Origin: Nitrospirota bacterium
GTDB lineage: Bacteria; Nitrospirota; UBA9217
Assembly (NCBI GenBank): GCA_963741205.1
Contig: CAVUHW010000020.1
Span: 160,001-224,000 of the forward strand
Direction: 5' to 3'
Length of the DNA: 64,000 nucleotides
The notes beneath the pieces were generated by a model. It was not told the origin of the DNA, made no database searches, and was given only the letters and a program-made list of their open reading frames with translations. The position numbers were made by a program, and so were the translations under genes. Below, one piece after another: positions 62,515 to 64,000 of this stretch. How positions within the stretch are numbered: the stretch's first letter is position 1; every line of letters starts with the position of its first letter.

Positions 62515-64000
62515 TCAAAGAAGTTTATAAATCAGTTCGTTGTCCGAATAATCGATGGGCACGTCGATGATGACAGGCACGTCCCTGGTCAGAGCCTCCC
62601 GGAGCATGGGCTCGAAGTCGCTTGCTGTCTTGAGCCTCATGCCGACAGCGCCGAAGCCCTCGGCCACCTTGATGAAATCGGGGTTCGTGAAATCGACGCC
62701 GTAGGAAGCGCCGAATTTTTTCGTGGATTTCCATTTGATCAGGTTATAGCTGCTGTCGTTGAAGATGACAACGGCCATGCCCAGCTTCATCCGCACCGCG
62801 GTCTCGAGGTCCTGCAAGTTCATCAGGAAGCCGCCGTCGCCGGAGAGAGCGACCACCTTGCGGTCAGGATGTACGAGCTTGGCCACCATGGCCGTGGGCA
62901 GGGAAAATCCCATGGACGCGAAGCCGTTGGAAAGGATGAAGGTATTGTTGTCGTAGACGGGGTAGAATTTGGCAGCCCAGAATTTGCACGTTCCTACGTC
63001 AGAAACCAGGATGTCGGAATCGGCGAGCACCTTCCTGATACCGTACAAAATCTGCGGGGGACGGACGGGCCAGGTCGCATCCTTTCCGATGCGTTCGAAC
63101 TCATCAACGAAATTAGCATGGAGATCGATGGCGCACTGGCTCTTCTTGTTCGTGCTGAGCATGCCCTCGAGGAGTTCGAGACTTTCCCGGATGTCCGAAA
63201 CGATCTCTACCTCGGGCACGTAATGAAGGTCGACCTCGCTCGAAGTAAAATCGATGTGGATGATCTTTTTATCGATCTTCGGATTCCAGTTCTTCGGGGC
63301 ATATTCGACGAGCCCGTAGCCGGTTGCCAAAATAAGATCGGCCTTGCTGAAGACATCTTCGATCTGGCGGTCGTTCGAAAGGCCGAGGGAGCCGATGCAG
63401 GAAGGGCTCCTGGCGCTCACCGCCCCCTTGCCCATGAAGGTCGTGACCACGGGAATGCAGAGCATTTCAGCAAATTGCCGGAGCTGTGCGTTCGCCGCCG
63501 TTCTGACGACGCCGTGTCCGGACAGGATAACGGGAAACTCAGCGGCCTCGATCAGGTCCGCCGCTTTTCTCAAGGACTGCCGGTCGGGAGAGCTCCGTCT
63601 TGCCCTGATGGGCGGGATCATCGCAACGTACATCTCCTTCGTCGTCATGGCCGCGATGTTCTCGGGAAACTCCAGGTGGGTGGGGCCCGGCTTTTCCGAT
63701 TCGGCGAGCTTGAAAGCCTTCCGGACCATCTCGGGAATGACCTCGGGCGACTCGATCCGGCCGTTCCACTTGGTCACGCTCTCGCACATGTCGACGATAT
63801 TGATGTACTGGTGAGATTCCTTGTGGATCCGCTTGAGGTCCGCCTGTCCGGTGATCGCGACCACGGGGGAAGCGTCAAGATAGGCGTCGCCTATGCCGGT
63901 CAGGAGGTTCGTGGCGCCCGGCCCCAGGGTCGACATGCAGACGCCGGCCTTGCCGGTGAACCTTCCGTATGCGTCTGCCATGAAGGCCGCGGCCTGTTCA
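62515..64000 (-). CDS. Acetolactate synthase large subunit-like TPP enzyme (5' partial)
   Basis: EQAAAFMAD, STLGPGATN, ESHQ, GDGGF.MN TPP motif. Confidence 0.93.
   Translation of the reverse strand, partial: EQAAAFMADAYGRFTGKAGVCMSTLGPGATNLLTGIGDAYLDASPVVAITGQADLKRIHKESHQYINIVDMCESVTKWNGRIESPEVIPEMVRKAFKLAESEKPGPTHLEFPENIAAMTTKEMYVAMIPPIRARRSSPDRQSLRKAADLIEAAEFPVILSGHGVVRTAANAQLRQFAEMLCIPVVTTFMGKGAVSARSPSCIGSLGLSNDRQIEDVFSKADLILATGYGLVEYAPKNWNPKIDKKIIHIDFTSSEVDLHYVPEVEIVSDIRESLELLEGMLSTNKKSQCAIDLHANFVDEFERIGKDATWPVRPPQILYGIRKVLADSDILVSDVGTCKFWAAKFYPVYDNNTFILSNGFASMGFSLPTAMVAKLVHPDRKVVALSGDGGFLMNLQDLETAVRMKLGMAVVIFNDSSYNLIKWKSTKKFGASYGVDFTNPDFIKVAEGFGAVGMRLKTASDFEPMLREALTRDVPVIIDVPIDYSDNELIYKLL

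Noticed and set aside
1-64000. CRISPR array, tRNA or rRNA
   Set aside because: No regularly spaced repeat-spacer array, cloverleaf or rRNA signature seen. tRNA-Sec was not found in this window.

Overview
A GC-rich (roughly 55-60%, estimated by eye) bacterial chromosomal window. Gene content suggests an anaerobic Nitrospirota/Desulfobacterota-like organism (inference). Many conserved genes carry single-base frameshifts that look like long-read indel errors. Core genes include smc, lptFG, coaE, queC, trxB, a cysteine desulfurase, Nramp/MgtE-type transporters, an ECF sigma module, aor, an Fe-ADH and acetolactate synthase. Highlights: (1) a rhodanese-like gene that reads through two in-frame TGA codons (Y-U-G-U-P) with a SECIS-like hairpin, i.e. 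a candidate double-selenocysteine UxU protein; (2) a tnpB-only IS200/IS605 element in two copies, one split by an IS110-family element whose right end folds into a bridge-RNA-like structure with guides matching its own circle junction, and whose excision would restore an intact 480-aa TnpB; (3) a c-di-GMP partner-switching operon with a P-loop ATPase-RsbW fusion and a Thr-type STAS protein; (4) a Crp/Fnr module with two TATGA-N6-TCATA boxes; (5) a radical SAM/MoaD/AOR/ADH cluster; (6) several apparently leaderless genes.
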